A DNA stretch of 64,000 nucleotides from Nitrosopumilus sp. (GCA_965249555.1 OZ252243.1:1248001-1312000); one strand, 5' to 3'. Shown: positions 20,994 to 31,460, counted from the stretch's first letter. Notes: generated by a model from the sequence alone, not told the origin. Translations and numbers: made by a program.

Positions 20994-21956
20994 ATGCTTC
21001 CAAAATTTTCTAGTAGGGCATTTTTGGCTCCAATGGCAGGAGTAAGTGATCCTGCACTTCGTTTACAATGTAAACAAAAGGGTGCTGGTCTAGTTGTTAC
21101 TGAATTTACTAACATTCATAAAATTATTGCAAAAGAAAAGCAACTCAAAGGAGATACTAAAACAATCCAAGAATTTATTGAATATTCCGAGCAAGAGCGT
21201 CCTCTTTCAGTTCAGTTATTTGGCTCTGATCTTTTTGCATTAGAGAAAGCTGCAAAAATTGTGGAACCTTATTTTGATATTATTGACTATAACATGGGAT
21301 GTCCTGCACCACATATTACTCAACAAATGGCAGGCGGTGCTCTTTTACAAGAAGTTAATCTAACTCAACAAATATTCAGTACTCTTGTTAATGCTGTGAA
21401 AAAACCTGTAACACTGAAAATTCGTTCTGGGGTAACAGATGCTAGTAAATTTCTCTTTAGGGAAATTGCTGAAATTGCAGAAGATGAAGGAATTCAGATG
21501 ATCACTTTTCATCCCAGAACTGTTAATCAAGGTTATTCTGGAACTGCAGATTGGAAAATGATTAAGGAACTTAAGGAAATATCCAGCATTCCAATTGTTG
21601 GAAATGGTGATATTACAACTCCTGAAGATGCTAAAACTATGATTGATGAGACTGGATGTGATTATGTGATGATTGGCCGTGGTGCAATGGGGAACCCATT
21701 CTTGTTTGAGCAAATAAATGATTATCTCAAAACTAACACTTACAATGAATACTCTTTCAAAGATCGTCTGGACTCATTTTTTGATTATTTGCATCTTACA
21801 AATCACTACAAAATCAAATTTGCAAATATTAAGAGTCAAGCAATCAGATTTACAAAAGGTATGCAAGGTGGCTCTAAATTACGTTCAAAAATTACTTTTT
21901 CAAAAAATATTGAAGAACTTGAGAAAATTATGAACAATGCATATACACCATCTTAA
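20994..21956 (+). CDS. dus: tRNA-dihydrouridine synthase (DusB-like)
   Basis: LAPMAGVSD, VQLFGSD, NMGCP, VGNGDI, MIGRGAMGNPFLF. Confidence 0.92.
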   Translation: MLPKFSSRAFLAPMAGVSDPALRLQCKQKGAGLVVTEFTNIHKIIAKEKQLKGDTKTIQEFIEYSEQERPLSVQLFGSDLFALEKAAKIVEPYFDIIDYNMGCPAPHITQQMAGGALLQEVNLTQQIFSTLVNAVKKPVTLKIRSGVTDASKFLFREIAEIAEDEGIQMITFHPRTVNQGYSGTADWKMIKELKEISSIPIVGNGDITTPEDAKTMIDETGCDYVMIGRGAMGNPFLFEQINDYLKTNTYNEYSFKDRLDSFFDYLHLTNHYKIKFANIKSQAIRFTKGMQGGSKLRSKITFSKNIEELEKIMNNAYTPS

Positions 21957-22097
21957 AAAATTTATCAAATTGTTGCATATTACTTTACATTTGTTTATAA
22001 TTTAACCAAAATTGTTATTGGATTTTAAAGTAAATTAAATTATTCTTATATATTTCAAGATGACATTTTCTATATGAAAATAGGAGTTGAATCATAA

Positions 22098-22337
22098 TTG
22101 GCAACAGCTTATGTTCTCATAAACTGTGAGCTGGGTTCTGAAGATGCAGTAATATCAGAACTAAAATCGATTGAAGGAGTTGTTGAAGTACATGGTACAT
22201 TTGGTGCATATGATATCTTGGCTAAAGTAGAATCTGGTCAAGTAGAAGCACTACGCGAGACTATTACCTGGAAGATTAGGAAAATTCCAAAAATTAGATC
22301 AACTCTGACATTAATGGGAATTGAAGGACAACAATAA
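22098..22337 (+). CDS. Stand-alone Lrp/AsnC ligand-binding (RAM) domain protein
   Basis: AYVLINCE...VHGTFGAYDILAKV...IRSTLTL; no HTH. Confidence 0.88.
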   Translation: MATAYVLINCELGSEDAVISELKSIEGVVEVHGTFGAYDILAKVESGQVEALRETITWKIRKIPKIRSTLTLMGIEGQQ

Positions 22338-22382
22338 TTCTTCAAAATCCTTTGCTTTTATACTCAGATTGTAATATAATAC

Positions 22383-22446
22383 ATCCCTTCAAAAAACATG
22401 TCTCCCAAAGGGATACCGCACTGAGAGGAGTAGTTAGCCTCTCAGT
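22383..22446. ncRNA. Two-hairpin intergenic element, candidate sRNA or terminator
   Basis: ATCCCTT/AAGGGAT and ACTGAGAGG/CCTCTCAGT stems; TTTTATA at 22356. Confidence 0.4.
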
Positions 22447-22501
22447 AGAATTATTATAAATTAAATGATACTGTGTTCTTTAATTTGATACAAGAAAATG
22501 A

Positions 22502-22843
22502 TTAGAGAGCTTTAGAACCACTCTTTTTTGATGCAATATTCAGAACACTTTCTACATTGGTTACGACTATAATTCCATCCCCACTATTTCCAGTGCCAGC
22601 AGCATCTACAATGATAGAGATTATTGATTCTACTTTATCGTCATCAACTATTGTAGATATTGTTGATACCTTGTTGTATTCAGCTTCAATAGTTTCTGTA
22701 CCTCTTCCTGATCTAATAGTATGTCTTTTCCCAGAACCACGTCCATCACCATCCATTCTTGTGAAACCTCCTACTTTGTCTTTAATTGCATCCGAAACAA
22801 TAGACACCTTATCTGTTTGTATAGTTGCCTCAATTCGTTTCAT
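22502..22843 (-). CDS. P-II family nitrogen regulator
   Basis: MKRIEATI...GRG...AAGTGNSGDGII. Confidence 0.9.
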   Translation of the reverse strand: MKRIEATIQTDKVSIVSDAIKDKVGGFTRMDGDGRGSGKRHTIRSGRGTETIEAEYNKVSTISTIVDDDKVESIISIIVDAAGTGNSGDGIIVVTNVESVLNIASKKSGSKAL

Positions 22844-22970
22844 TTTTCTTTCTTTCTTACTATCGTTTAAAAAAGATCATATGTTCTTATTCGGATTTGA
22901 TGATACACTTTTGAGTAATTGGTTATTTCATAATCCTCTGACCTTTTTAGTGTTAAAAAAAAGGAAATTT

Positions 22971-23147
22971 ATGAAAAGTGATGAAAAAAGATCTCATAGA
23001 CTAAACTATCTTTTGAAGTATTATTTGATAAATCCTCAAGAAAATGATCTCTATACAAGAGCCAAACAAATGGGGGTCTCTGATTCTACTGCGAAGGATT
23101 ACATCAGAACAGTCATTATACAAGCCCAAAAAATCTGTTCAAAATAG
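22971..23147 (+). CDS. Small hypothetical protein (58 aa), HTH-like
   Basis: ATG at 22971; RAKQMGVSDSTAKDYI helix-turn-helix pattern. Confidence 0.55.
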   Translation: MKSDEKRSHRLNYLLKYYLINPQENDLYTRAKQMGVSDSTAKDYIRTVIIQAQKICSK

Positions 23148-23259
23148 ATTTTGGTGATTTATTTAAAAAATTGAATTAAATCAGTTTTTTTTCAAAAAGC
23201 AATCATTAGTAATCTTAAACAAGGAATTCATAAATAATCAACAAGGAGAGAAAACACAC

Positions 23260-23955
23260 ATGACTGATTCATTGCTTGATGATGCAAAGGCTCTTTTAGA
23301 CAAAGACTTTGGAGATGACAGAATTTTAAAGCAAATTTGTAGGGCATGTGAAAACGATGAACTCATTAGTAATTATGAAAGAAATTATGTCAAAAAATTA
23401 GCAGAAAAACACCTAGGAAGAAGGCCAGAAGTAGTTCAAACTCAAACATCTGTTGAAGACAAACCAATAATTCCAGATGTTGTCATCCCAGAACCCTCAC
23501 CAATTCAACAAATTCAAACATTTCAATCTACTCCGCTTCCACCTCAACGGATTTTATCTTCTAATTCAAAAAATTCAAAATTGATGCTGGGTATTGGTGG
23601 TGTCGCTTTAGTAATAATTATTGTAGTAGCTGCTTCATTTAGTGGCGTTTCTGATGTAACATCACCTAATCCAATTTCAGATACATTGTCAATTCAAACT
23701 GATTTATCATCCTATGACACAAAAGATATAATTTCAATTAGTGGCGTTTCTGATACTTTTGGAACTGTAAATCTCTCAATTGAAAATAAAAACAATGAAC
23801 TTGTATGGACAGAACAAGTTTCTATAAAAAGTGATGGACAATATTCAACATTAGCTATTGCTGGAGGTCCAGGATGGGAGAGTTCTGGTACTTATACAAT
23901 TAACATAGATAATGGTGTAGAAACAAAATCAAATACATTTTCATTTACTGCATAA
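23260..23955 (+). CDS. Hypothetical membrane-anchored protein with Ig-like C-terminal domain
   Basis: Central hydrophobic helix followed by TDLSSY...ISISG...GTYTI beta domain. Confidence 0.7.
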   Translation: MTDSLLDDAKALLDKDFGDDRILKQICRACENDELISNYERNYVKKLAEKHLGRRPEVVQTQTSVEDKPIIPDVVIPEPSPIQQIQTFQSTPLPPQRILSSNSKNSKLMLGIGGVALVIIIVVAASFSGVSDVTSPNPISDTLSIQTDLSSYDTKDIISISGVSDTFGTVNLSIENKNNELVWTEQVSIKSDGQYSTLAIAGGPGWESSGTYTINIDNGVETKSNTFSFTA

Positions 23956-24532
23956 TTTTTTCAAATTCTTTCCAATGTAAATCAACTATATCTCTAAGCT
24001 TCTCTACACTAATCTCTTCCATATGTTCACGATAAACTATGAATTTGTTTTGTTTACCTGAACTTTCATCATAAATATCCCTAGTATTTTTTGGAATTGC
24101 TCCTGTTTTCCATTGAGTCATCTCAAAAATCCATATTGTTGAATCTGGATTTGAAAAATCAATGTCATCACATCCTACAACGTAAAGAAAACATTTTGTT
24201 GATTGATTTAACTTTTCATGTAATTTTTCATATGCTATCATTTGGCCTTTTGGAATATTGATCTTATCATTATGAAATCCCTTGAATTCTAAGATGATAA
24301 AACCTCCTCTGTGTTCGATAAGCCAATCAATGTCGGTTCCACCCGAAGCTATCATTCCATGTACAATTAGGTTACCTAAGACCTCCCTTCCACGAGTAAA
24401 TTCTGACTCGTCAAAAATCTGATATTTTGCCTTTGGGCTTTTACGGATAATTTGTTTAGTATTATGATCAGAATGAATCGAGTTCTCTTTTTCGTATAGG
24501 GTATCAATTAATTCATTTGTTTCATTTACCAT
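23945..24532 (-). CDS. Hypothetical protein with PD-(D/E)XK-like motif
   Basis: TDIDWLIE...IILEFK...GQMIAYE. Confidence 0.6.
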   Translation of the reverse strand: MVNETNELIDTLYEKENSIHSDHNTKQIIRKSPKAKYQIFDESEFTRGREVLGNLIVHGMIASGGTDIDWLIEHRGGFIILEFKGFHNDKINIPKGQMIAYEKLHEKLNQSTKCFLYVVGCDDIDFSNPDSTIWIFEMTQWKTGAIPKNTRDIYDESSGKQNKFIVYREHMEEISVEKLRDIVDLHWKEFEKIMQ

Positions 24533-24602
24533 AATTTTGGAATTTTTAACTTGATGATAAGAGAGTTTGTGAAATTTAGTAAAGTTAAACTATTTTTCTG
24601 AT

Positions 24603-24824
24603 TTATCTGCAGAAAAACTCTCCCCCTGCATCTTTATATAAAATGAAATATTCATCTTGATTTTTTCGCTCTTTTTTAGCATTCAAAGCATCTTGATACA
24701 TTTCAAAATGTTCAACTAGATACAATTGGTTTCCAGAGTCTGCAAAATAATCTAATCCAACTAAATCAAATCCTGTTTCAGGAGTTAATTTGATCTTTTC
24801 CTTTTCAAAAATGTCTTCAGTCAA
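24603..24824 (-). CDS. Hypothetical protein (73 aa)
   Basis: ORF follows tbp on the same strand. Confidence 0.65.
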   Translation of the reverse strand: MTEDIFEKEKIKLTPETGFDLVGLDYFADSGNQLYLVEHFEMYQDALNAKKERKNQDEYFILYKDAGGEFFCR

Positions 24825-24861
24825 TTTCTAATTTTTTAAAATATTAAAATTTGTAAAATTA

Positions 24862-25422
24862 TTATTCATAAATCATTAGATCTTTTTCTTCTAATAGTGA
24901 ATGCAAGTTGTGAACAGAACGATAAACATCTGCTTCTTTTTTAGCTCCTGTACATACTAATTTTCCTGATGCAAATAACAATATCACAGTTTTTGGGTCG
25001 AGCATTCTATGAATAAGTCCGGGAAATTGTTCTGGTTCATACATACTTCTTGGTAATGTTCTTGCTGCTTTTTCTAAGTGAATTTTTCCACCAAGATTAA
25101 TTGCAGCTACTATATTTTGAACTGTAATTACTGCATCTTTTTTTACTTTGACTTTTCCCTTTCTTAGTTTTTGAACCACTGTGTTTACAGCTTTAATTGC
25201 CATATCTTCAGATTTAGCTCCTGTACATACCATCTTTCCTGTTCTAAAAATTAAAGTTGCAGTTCTAGGTGTCTTTAATCTAAAAACAAGTCCGGGAAAT
25301 TGTTCTGGGTGATATTCAGTATCTGGAAATTTTTTTGTAATTTCAATTAGATCAAGTTTTTGGTCAACGGATGCAGATGCAACTACGTTCTCAACACTAA
25401 CAATTGGTTTTGTTTGAGGCAT
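24862..25422 (-). CDS. tbp: TATA-box binding protein
   Basis: Two repeats of NVVAS/NIVAA...Y.PEQFPGL...F..GK.VCTGAK. Confidence 0.97.
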   Translation of the reverse strand: MPQTKPIVSVENVVASASVDQKLDLIEITKKFPDTEYHPEQFPGLVFRLKTPRTATLIFRTGKMVCTGAKSEDMAIKAVNTVVQKLRKGKVKVKKDAVITVQNIVAAINLGGKIHLEKAARTLPRSMYEPEQFPGLIHRMLDPKTVILLFASGKLVCTGAKKEADVYRSVHNLHSLLEEKDLMIYE

Positions 25423-25487
25423 AATATGGGTCTTTAAATAGCCCTGTATATATACTAGTCAAGTATTTTCCGGAAATTCAGGTTTTT

Positions 25488-25991
25488 CTAATGATGTCCA
25501 ATCCATTGGTAACGATATTCTTCATCAATGATATCTGTCACTATCTCCTTGTTTTTGATTTTTGTTTTAGGTAAATTTACCTCAAAGAATCCTAACTGAC
25601 CCTTCCATGGAATTGGGATTCTAAATGATTTTACATTTTTTAACATAAATCCAAACGTTTTATCATGAAAATTTTTTGAAGCTAAATGAAATTTTTGATC
25701 TGTTTTTATTTCCTTTACTGAATTATATTTTTTCACTTCATAAAGTTCTGCTTTGCCAATGATTGCACCTGTAACTAATTTTTTATTTATTTTTAATCTC
25801 TTACAATCTTCGGTTCTAATTTTAATTGGAGCATGAATCAAAAATTCTCCTCGAAAATTTGTATTCCAATTTCTTAACTCAATAATTTTTTTACCTGATA
25901 TTATTAAATCTGCAAATGGTTGTGATACTGATAGACATTTCAAAATATCATTCAGTAGCTGCTTTAATAAATTCCCCGGGATTTTTGCCAA
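25488..25991 (-). CDS. ASCH domain protein (start probably ~25943)
   Basis: CLSVSQPFADLIISGKKIIELRNW...IHA...GAIIG...KGQLGFF. Confidence 0.88.
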   Translation of the reverse strand: MAKIPGNLLKQLLNDILKCLSVSQPFADLIISGKKIIELRNWNTNFRGEFLIHAPIKIRTEDCKRLKINKKLVTGAIIGKAELYEVKKYNSVKEIKTDQKFHLASKNFHDKTFGFMLKNVKSFRIPIPWKGQLGFFEVNLPKTKIKNKEIVTDIIDEEYRYQWIGHH

Positions 25992-27489
25992 TTCCTTCAG
26001 GCAAATTTGTTATTCCACCATTCAAGCTTTCAGTTACTATGCCTTTGCTTGCAAGAACTTGAGCAGTCATTAATGATGTATTTCCAGCCATGCAAATTAG
26101 CAATGATTTACCTTTAGAACCATCTAGTTCTTTGCTAAGCTCTTCTGGAATTTGCTGTGTTGATAACAATTCATTTATAGTGCTTGCTTTTGGAATTGCA
26201 ATTTTTTCCTTATCTACTCCTAAAGATTTAGCAATCATTTCAATTCCTGCTTCTTTTGGAGTATATTGAGGATGGACCCATATTATTTTATCATAATCTT
26301 GAACACTAGATGCTGCTTCATCCAATGAAACTTGAATGCGCTGATTCTTGAACATTGCCTCTAGATTTTTTCTATACTTTTCTATACCATCAGCAACTAC
26401 AACTATGAATTTTCCTTTATCACCGTCACTTACCATTTCCAATACTGTGTATAGTGCAAGTGCAGTGCTTTCACCAATATTGTGACCCTTATCTACAAAA
26501 AATTTTAGCAAATGTTTTGCCTGCCCAAAATCCATCTCGTGTTCAGCAGCATATGCATCTGGATTGTACAACTTTAATCCATCTGCTTTAGCCTTTGTTC
26601 TGATTCCTGCAACATCTTGACCTGCTGATGGAAACACTACATGTATTGCCTTTTTCCCATATTTTTCATTCATGTATTCACTTAATCCACCAGATGTGCC
26701 TCCAGTTCCAAAGGAACAAACTAATCTGTAGTCTTCTAACGAATCTTCATTTTCATGTAATTGCTGATCAATTTCTACAGCTGTAATTGTTCTATGAGCA
26801 TCAATGTTTAATTCATTATCGTACTGTTCTGGACAAAAACAACCATAAATTTTTGAAATTAGTTTTGCTAGATTAATAATGTCTTCTGCAGCCAATAGTT
26901 TTTCAATTTCCTCAATAGACTCATCAAATTTTGTAGGATCAAAACCCAATTCAGCTAATTGAGAGCGTACGTTTCCCGCAGTTGCTTTTGCTTTTAACAT
27001 ATCAGCATCACTATCTTTCATTCCGGGAGCAGGACAAATATCCATGTCTAGATCTATTGTGCGAATATTTTCATTTCTTAATTCCTTAAAGACTCCTTCT
27101 TGTAATTTTCTTGAAACAAGAGAAACAACAGTCAATCCTAGTTTTGACATTTGACCAAGAGCAATTCCAAAATTTCCTGACGTTGCTTCAATTATTGTTT
27201 GATCACTCTTCAGCTTTCCTGTTTTAATTGCATCATGCATAATGTAGATGGCAGGTCTGATTTTGATTGAACCCGATACCAAGTTTGCATCAAATTTTCC
27301 ATATACTTTCAAATCCAAATCTGAAATATCTAATTTGTAAAGATTTTTTGCACATTCCTTAAAATCACTAGTAAGATCAATTAGCGGTGTTGCATTGATT
27401 ACTTTACCTTCTTCTAAATGTGGAATTTTCTTCCAAATTTCTTGTTCAAAGCGTTCAAGAAGTACGTTATCAATACTGGTTTCTTCCAA
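25948..27489 (-). CDS. PLP-dependent cysteine synthase-like protein fused to a rhodanese-like domain
   Basis: SGSIKIRPA, EATSGNFG, GTGGTSGG; C-terminal LICMAGNTS...SLNGG. Confidence 0.82.
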   Translation of the reverse strand: MEETSIDNVLLERFEQEIWKKIPHLEEGKVINATPLIDLTSDFKECAKNLYKLDISDLDLKVYGKFDANLVSGSIKIRPAIYIMHDAIKTGKLKSDQTIIEATSGNFGIALGQMSKLGLTVVSLVSRKLQEGVFKELRNENIRTIDLDMDICPAPGMKDSDADMLKAKATAGNVRSQLAELGFDPTKFDESIEEIEKLLAAEDIINLAKLISKIYGCFCPEQYDNELNIDAHRTITAVEIDQQLHENEDSLEDYRLVCSFGTGGTSGGLSEYMNEKYGKKAIHVVFPSAGQDVAGIRTKAKADGLKLYNPDAYAAEHEMDFGQAKHLLKFFVDKGHNIGESTALALYTVLEMVSDGDKGKFIVVVADGIEKYRKNLEAMFKNQRIQVSLDEAASSVQDYDKIIWVHPQYTPKEAGIEMIAKSLGVDKEKIAIPKASTINELLSTQQIPEELSKELDGSKGKSLLICMAGNTSLMTAQVLASKGIVTESLNGGITNLPEGIGKNPGEFIKAATE

Positions 27490-27517
27490 AAGTCTTTCTC
27501 CTCAAAATTCTAATAAA

Positions 27518-29080
27518 TTATCCTTCTAAAATACTAATCACTTTACTTGGAATATCATTTAATCTACTAACTGCCATAGTTTTTTCATATCCTAAATGTT
27601 TGAGATTATTTGCTATGGTAGTGGCCCTTATCGTATTTGGACCCAAGCCTAAAGCTACCATATTGATGCCTAACCCCTTGAGTGATTTTGTCATATTTCT
27701 TACTGCATTAGGATCTGATGGTTCACCATCTGTTAATGTCAAAAAAATATCTGGTCTTTTTGATTGCAACATTGGAAACATTTTATCATATACTTCTGCT
27801 AGTGGGGTTGATCCATTGGCAACGATCTGTGCTAATCGTTTTGCAGTGATATTGTTCCATTTTACATTGTCTTTTTTTATAGACCAGCAAACTACTGATC
27901 TGTTTTGAGTACTAAATGCATATACTGCAAATTTTACCTTAAGAAAAGCTAAAACTTCACAAAGTGCTAGCGTTGCTTTTTTGTATTCTAGAGCATCTGA
28001 TGCAATACTTGATGAATGATCCAACAAAATTACAATTTTAGTTTTAATGGATTTTTTAACATCTATAAAAAATGGTTCATGACCTTCAATGTAATTTTCT
28101 TCATCAAACTCATCTCCAGATCTTTGATGTTGTTCTTTCCATCCGTATTTCCATTCCTTAAATTTAATTTTTAATCTATTGATCAAACTCATATCATAGA
28201 TTGTGGTTTCATTTACGTTCCTTGTAGATGGAATTTGAATTCCTATTGCTTCTGGACTTAATCCCTTATTTTCCATTTTTTTGTTTTCATCAAGTAATAC
28301 CTGATATTCATCATAAACATTATCCCCTCTTAATACAGATGCAGAATTAGCTGAACCAAAATCACCTTCTTTGTTTTTAGAAATTATTTTAAGAATCTTT
28401 AATAATTCTTCTTCATTTAATGCCATTCCAGATTTCATAAAAGGTAAAGATATTGGTATTGTAAGTAATGAATCAATATCCAAAATCTTTACTATCTCGC
28501 TTACATTTTTTTCAAGCCAATCAGTATCATAATTTTCCTCAATTGCTTTGTTGACATTTTTTTTTGCAAATACAGTTGCTTTTTTAATTTTCTCAAAATG
28601 ACTGGATTGAATTTCTCCTTTAATTGCACCAAACATGAAATATTGATAAAATGCCTCTACAATTCGTGCATTTCCATAAACTGTGTTCAGTTGTGGTCTT
28701 GCTACAAGCATATAGGCATAATTGAAGATAATTTCATCATCCATTCCTTTCCAAATTTTCCTGCCTAATTGTTCAACTCTTTGTGTTTCCATTGTATTGA
28801 GAATGAATCCAAATGCATGATCATTGCTGAGAATCTTTTTACAAAATTTCATTCTCATTGCTTCATACCACAATGATGTTCTAAATTGTCGATATTTTTG
28901 AAAATCATTACCAATTCTTTTTTCAAGCGGTGTCATGATTACTTTTTTTTCATTGAGTCTTGTTCTGGTTTCCATCTTATCTGAGATTTCGATAATCATT
29001 TTATCTTCTTCAGACCATCTTCTTACAAGAAAGGTGCCAATCTCTACTATTGATTCATTTTGAAGTTGAATTGTTTGCAT
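27518..29080 (-). CDS. VWA-domain protein (CbbO/NorD-like)
   Basis: MIDAS motif LLDHSSSI, GSTPL, LTDGEP. Confidence 0.88.
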   Translation of the reverse strand: MQTIQLQNESIVEIGTFLVRRWSEEDKMIIEISDKMETRTRLNEKKVIMTPLEKRIGNDFQKYRQFRTSLWYEAMRMKFCKKILSNDHAFGFILNTMETQRVEQLGRKIWKGMDDEIIFNYAYMLVARPQLNTVYGNARIVEAFYQYFMFGAIKGEIQSSHFEKIKKATVFAKKNVNKAIEENYDTDWLEKNVSEIVKILDIDSLLTIPISLPFMKSGMALNEEELLKILKIISKNKEGDFGSANSASVLRGDNVYDEYQVLLDENKKMENKGLSPEAIGIQIPSTRNVNETTIYDMSLINRLKIKFKEWKYGWKEQHQRSGDEFDEENYIEGHEPFFIDVKKSIKTKIVILLDHSSSIASDALEYKKATLALCEVLAFLKVKFAVYAFSTQNRSVVCWSIKKDNVKWNNITAKRLAQIVANGSTPLAEVYDKMFPMLQSKRPDIFLTLTDGEPSDPNAVRNMTKSLKGLGINMVALGLGPNTIRATTIANNLKHLGYEKTMAVSRLNDIPSKVISILEG

Positions 29081-29872
29081 TTAATTACCAAACATTGACG
29101 TAATGATGTCGCTTACTTTTTGATATTCTATGTTTCCCCATTGTGTGTAAACATTTCCAAAAACAAAATATGCTGTCTCTTTTGGAGACATTCCTTTGTC
29201 CAACAATTTTCCAAATGCAATAGTTTCTCTCAAGCTAGGAGAATAAAATAATTCTTCAACAGCAGCAGCTTGTCTTAGTATGTTTGCCAGTTTAATTGCT
29301 TGAATTATCTCTGATTCGTGTTCTCCAGTAACATGTTTTTTTATAATTTCTAATTCTATATTTTCTGGTGGATATTCCAATCTAATTCGTACTGGAAATC
29401 TACTTAGTATTTGTGGTGGGAGTTCCTTTGTTCCACTATGTGTTAATGGATTTATAGTTGCAATTACAAACCAATTTTCTTTTGCTTTGATTACTTCCCC
29501 TGTTGATTCCTTTAACACAATCTGTCTTCTATCATCTAACGCTTCATCAAGCCTAAGTAAAACATCAGCTTCGGCTGAATTAATTTCATCCAAGTAAAGC
29601 ATGTTTCCTTCCTTCATTGATTTAATCAAAATTCCTTCATCAAAACTCACAGTTCCATCTGTCAGTGTTTTTGTGCCAATAAGATGGCTCTCTCTAGTTC
29701 TTAGACTAAAATTAATGGATTCTAGATTGATACTCTTATTTTTTGCAAAATCTCTCACCAAAGATGTCTTTCCAGTTCCTTTTGGCCCTATAATGAGCAC
29801 AAAAAGACCAGCTTCTTGTGCCTTATTCAGAATTTGAATTGAATTATTCCAATCTAGATATTGTATTTCCAA
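29081..29872 (-). CDS. MoxR-type AAA+ ATPase (CbbQ/NirQ/NorQ)
   Basis: GPKGTGKT, YLDEIN, ATINP, LSRF, SPSLRE. Confidence 0.9.
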   Translation of the reverse strand: MEIQYLDWNNSIQILNKAQEAGLFVLIIGPKGTGKTSLVRDFAKNKSINLESINFSLRTRESHLIGTKTLTDGTVSFDEGILIKSMKEGNMLYLDEINSAEADVLLRLDEALDDRRQIVLKESTGEVIKAKENWFVIATINPLTHSGTKELPPQILSRFPVRIRLEYPPENIELEIIKKHVTGEHESEIIQAIKLANILRQAAAVEELFYSPSLRETIAFGKLLDKGMSPKETAYFVFGNVYTQWGNIEYQKVSDIITSMFGN

Positions 29873-29912
29873 AGTACGTTTTCATTGATTTAAACAATAT
29901 TTAATATTAGAT

Positions 29913-31370
29913 CTAATTTCCAAATGTGCAAACTTTTGTAACTGCCTCACCAAATCTCTGATGAAATGTTTTGTTCCATTCATCAAAACCTGATGGATCT
30001 TTTGGATAATTATTATAATGTTCAACTAACCATTGGTTTTGTTCTGATGTGTATTTCAGCGCTTTTGCAACTGTCTGATTCATTGCACCTCTAATTATCA
30101 TGCCAATCTTTCCTAATCCTGAAAAGTCTGGATGCTCACCTTTGCTGATTGATTCAACATCAAGATTTCCCAAAAAGTGCTTCATTCCATAACTGATTTG
30201 CTCATTAGTCATTTGCTGTACTAATCCTCTGAAAAGTTCAAGACCTGCAGTTTTGTATCCATACTCTTTGATAAAGTCAAGATTGTACTGCCAAAGATTT
30301 GCTTCTGAAGTGTCATTTGCTTCTATTGCTTGAGATACGTTATTTCCAATAATTGTTCCCGCAATTAACGCTGGTCCTATTCCACCTGCATCGATTGCTT
30401 TTGGCATCCATGCAGAATCTCCAACTAACATGTATCCTCCTGATACCATACAATCATTTTGTCTTCTAACTGAAACTTGGAACACTCCAGAATTATTGTT
30501 AATGTCTTCGGGATCTTCTGATAATCTTGAATTTTTAATTGCTCTGTTTCTTTCAAGATATTCTTTCATTAATGATGCTACATTGTCTTTCTTACCCAAT
30601 CTCTTGTTTCTTTTATCCAAAAATGATTTCTCAACTCCTAAACCAATGTTGACTTTGTTGTCTCCTTTTGGAAATACCCATCCATATCCGCCTGGTGCAA
30701 TATCTTGATCTAAATGAATTATACAATAATCCGGATCAAATTCTGTAAGATCTTTTTGTCCTTGATCAAAGTACATAATGTATCTGCCTGTAGATTCCAA
30801 ATCTTTTCTGTCGATTCTTTTTTCCACTTTAGTTGAGTTTTGAAGTCCATTTCTAAGCGTAGATGTAACTCCTGTTGCATCAACTACAATTTTTGATGTT
30901 TTCTTAAATGGCTGTTTTGTTTTGTTATCAACTCCTTGAATTCCAACTACTTGCTGACCATCATAAATTAGACCAGTAAGATTAATCTCATATTCAAACT
31001 CAATTCCAATTTTTTTACATCTTTCATTTTGAATTTCAGGTAATTTTTGACGATTTAACATGTACCCGGCCCCATCAAATGGAATTGCGGTTTCTCTGTC
31101 TGGTGAAAATGCCATTACACCTTTTACATCATGTTCGATTTCTGGTTTGGTCCATTCAACCTTAATTCTGTTTGACATGAAATCCACTGCCTCTTTGGAA
31201 CATGCATCTCCACACACCCATCCTGCCAATGATTTTCTACCTGGTAAAAATTCTGTATTTCTATCAACAACCAAAATCTTTAGGTTTTGATTTGAATAGT
31301 GAGAGATGGATTGAGCTGTAATTGTACCTGCAAGACCTCCACCTGCAACTATAACATCATAATCTGCCAC
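29913..31370 (-). CDS. Geranylgeranyl reductase family flavoprotein
   Basis: GGGLAG, VCGDA, APGGYGWVFPKG, VGDSA...GGIG. Confidence 0.88.
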   Translation of the reverse strand: MADYDVIVAGGGLAGTITAQSISHYSNQNLKILVVDRNTEFLPGRKSLAGWVCGDACSKEAVDFMSNRIKVEWTKPEIEHDVKGVMAFSPDRETAIPFDGAGYMLNRQKLPEIQNERCKKIGIEFEYEINLTGLIYDGQQVVGIQGVDNKTKQPFKKTSKIVVDATGVTSTLRNGLQNSTKVEKRIDRKDLESTGRYIMYFDQGQKDLTEFDPDYCIIHLDQDIAPGGYGWVFPKGDNKVNIGLGVEKSFLDKRNKRLGKKDNVASLMKEYLERNRAIKNSRLSEDPEDINNNSGVFQVSVRRQNDCMVSGGYMLVGDSAWMPKAIDAGGIGPALIAGTIIGNNVSQAIEANDTSEANLWQYNLDFIKEYGYKTAGLELFRGLVQQMTNEQISYGMKHFLGNLDVESISKGEHPDFSGLGKIGMIIRGAMNQTVAKALKYTSEQNQWLVEHYNNYPKDPSGFDEWNKTFHQRFGEAVTKVCTFGN

Positions 31371-31460
31371 GATAATGAGGTTTGTCTATCCGTATTTAAA
31401 ATAATACGCTGATAAAATGCATAGAATTCTTTAAACAAAATTCCATGATCGATTCAAAAA

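Noticed and set aside
22098-22337. Two very similar Lrp/AsnC RAM-only paralogues (also 58973..59212)
   Set aside because: A commonly expanded family in Thaumarchaeota; synonymous sites are diverged, so this is not a recent duplication.
22557-22970. N-terminal extension of the 196-aa + strand ORF
   Set aside because: Antisense to the P-II gene; only the part from ATG 22971 is plausible.
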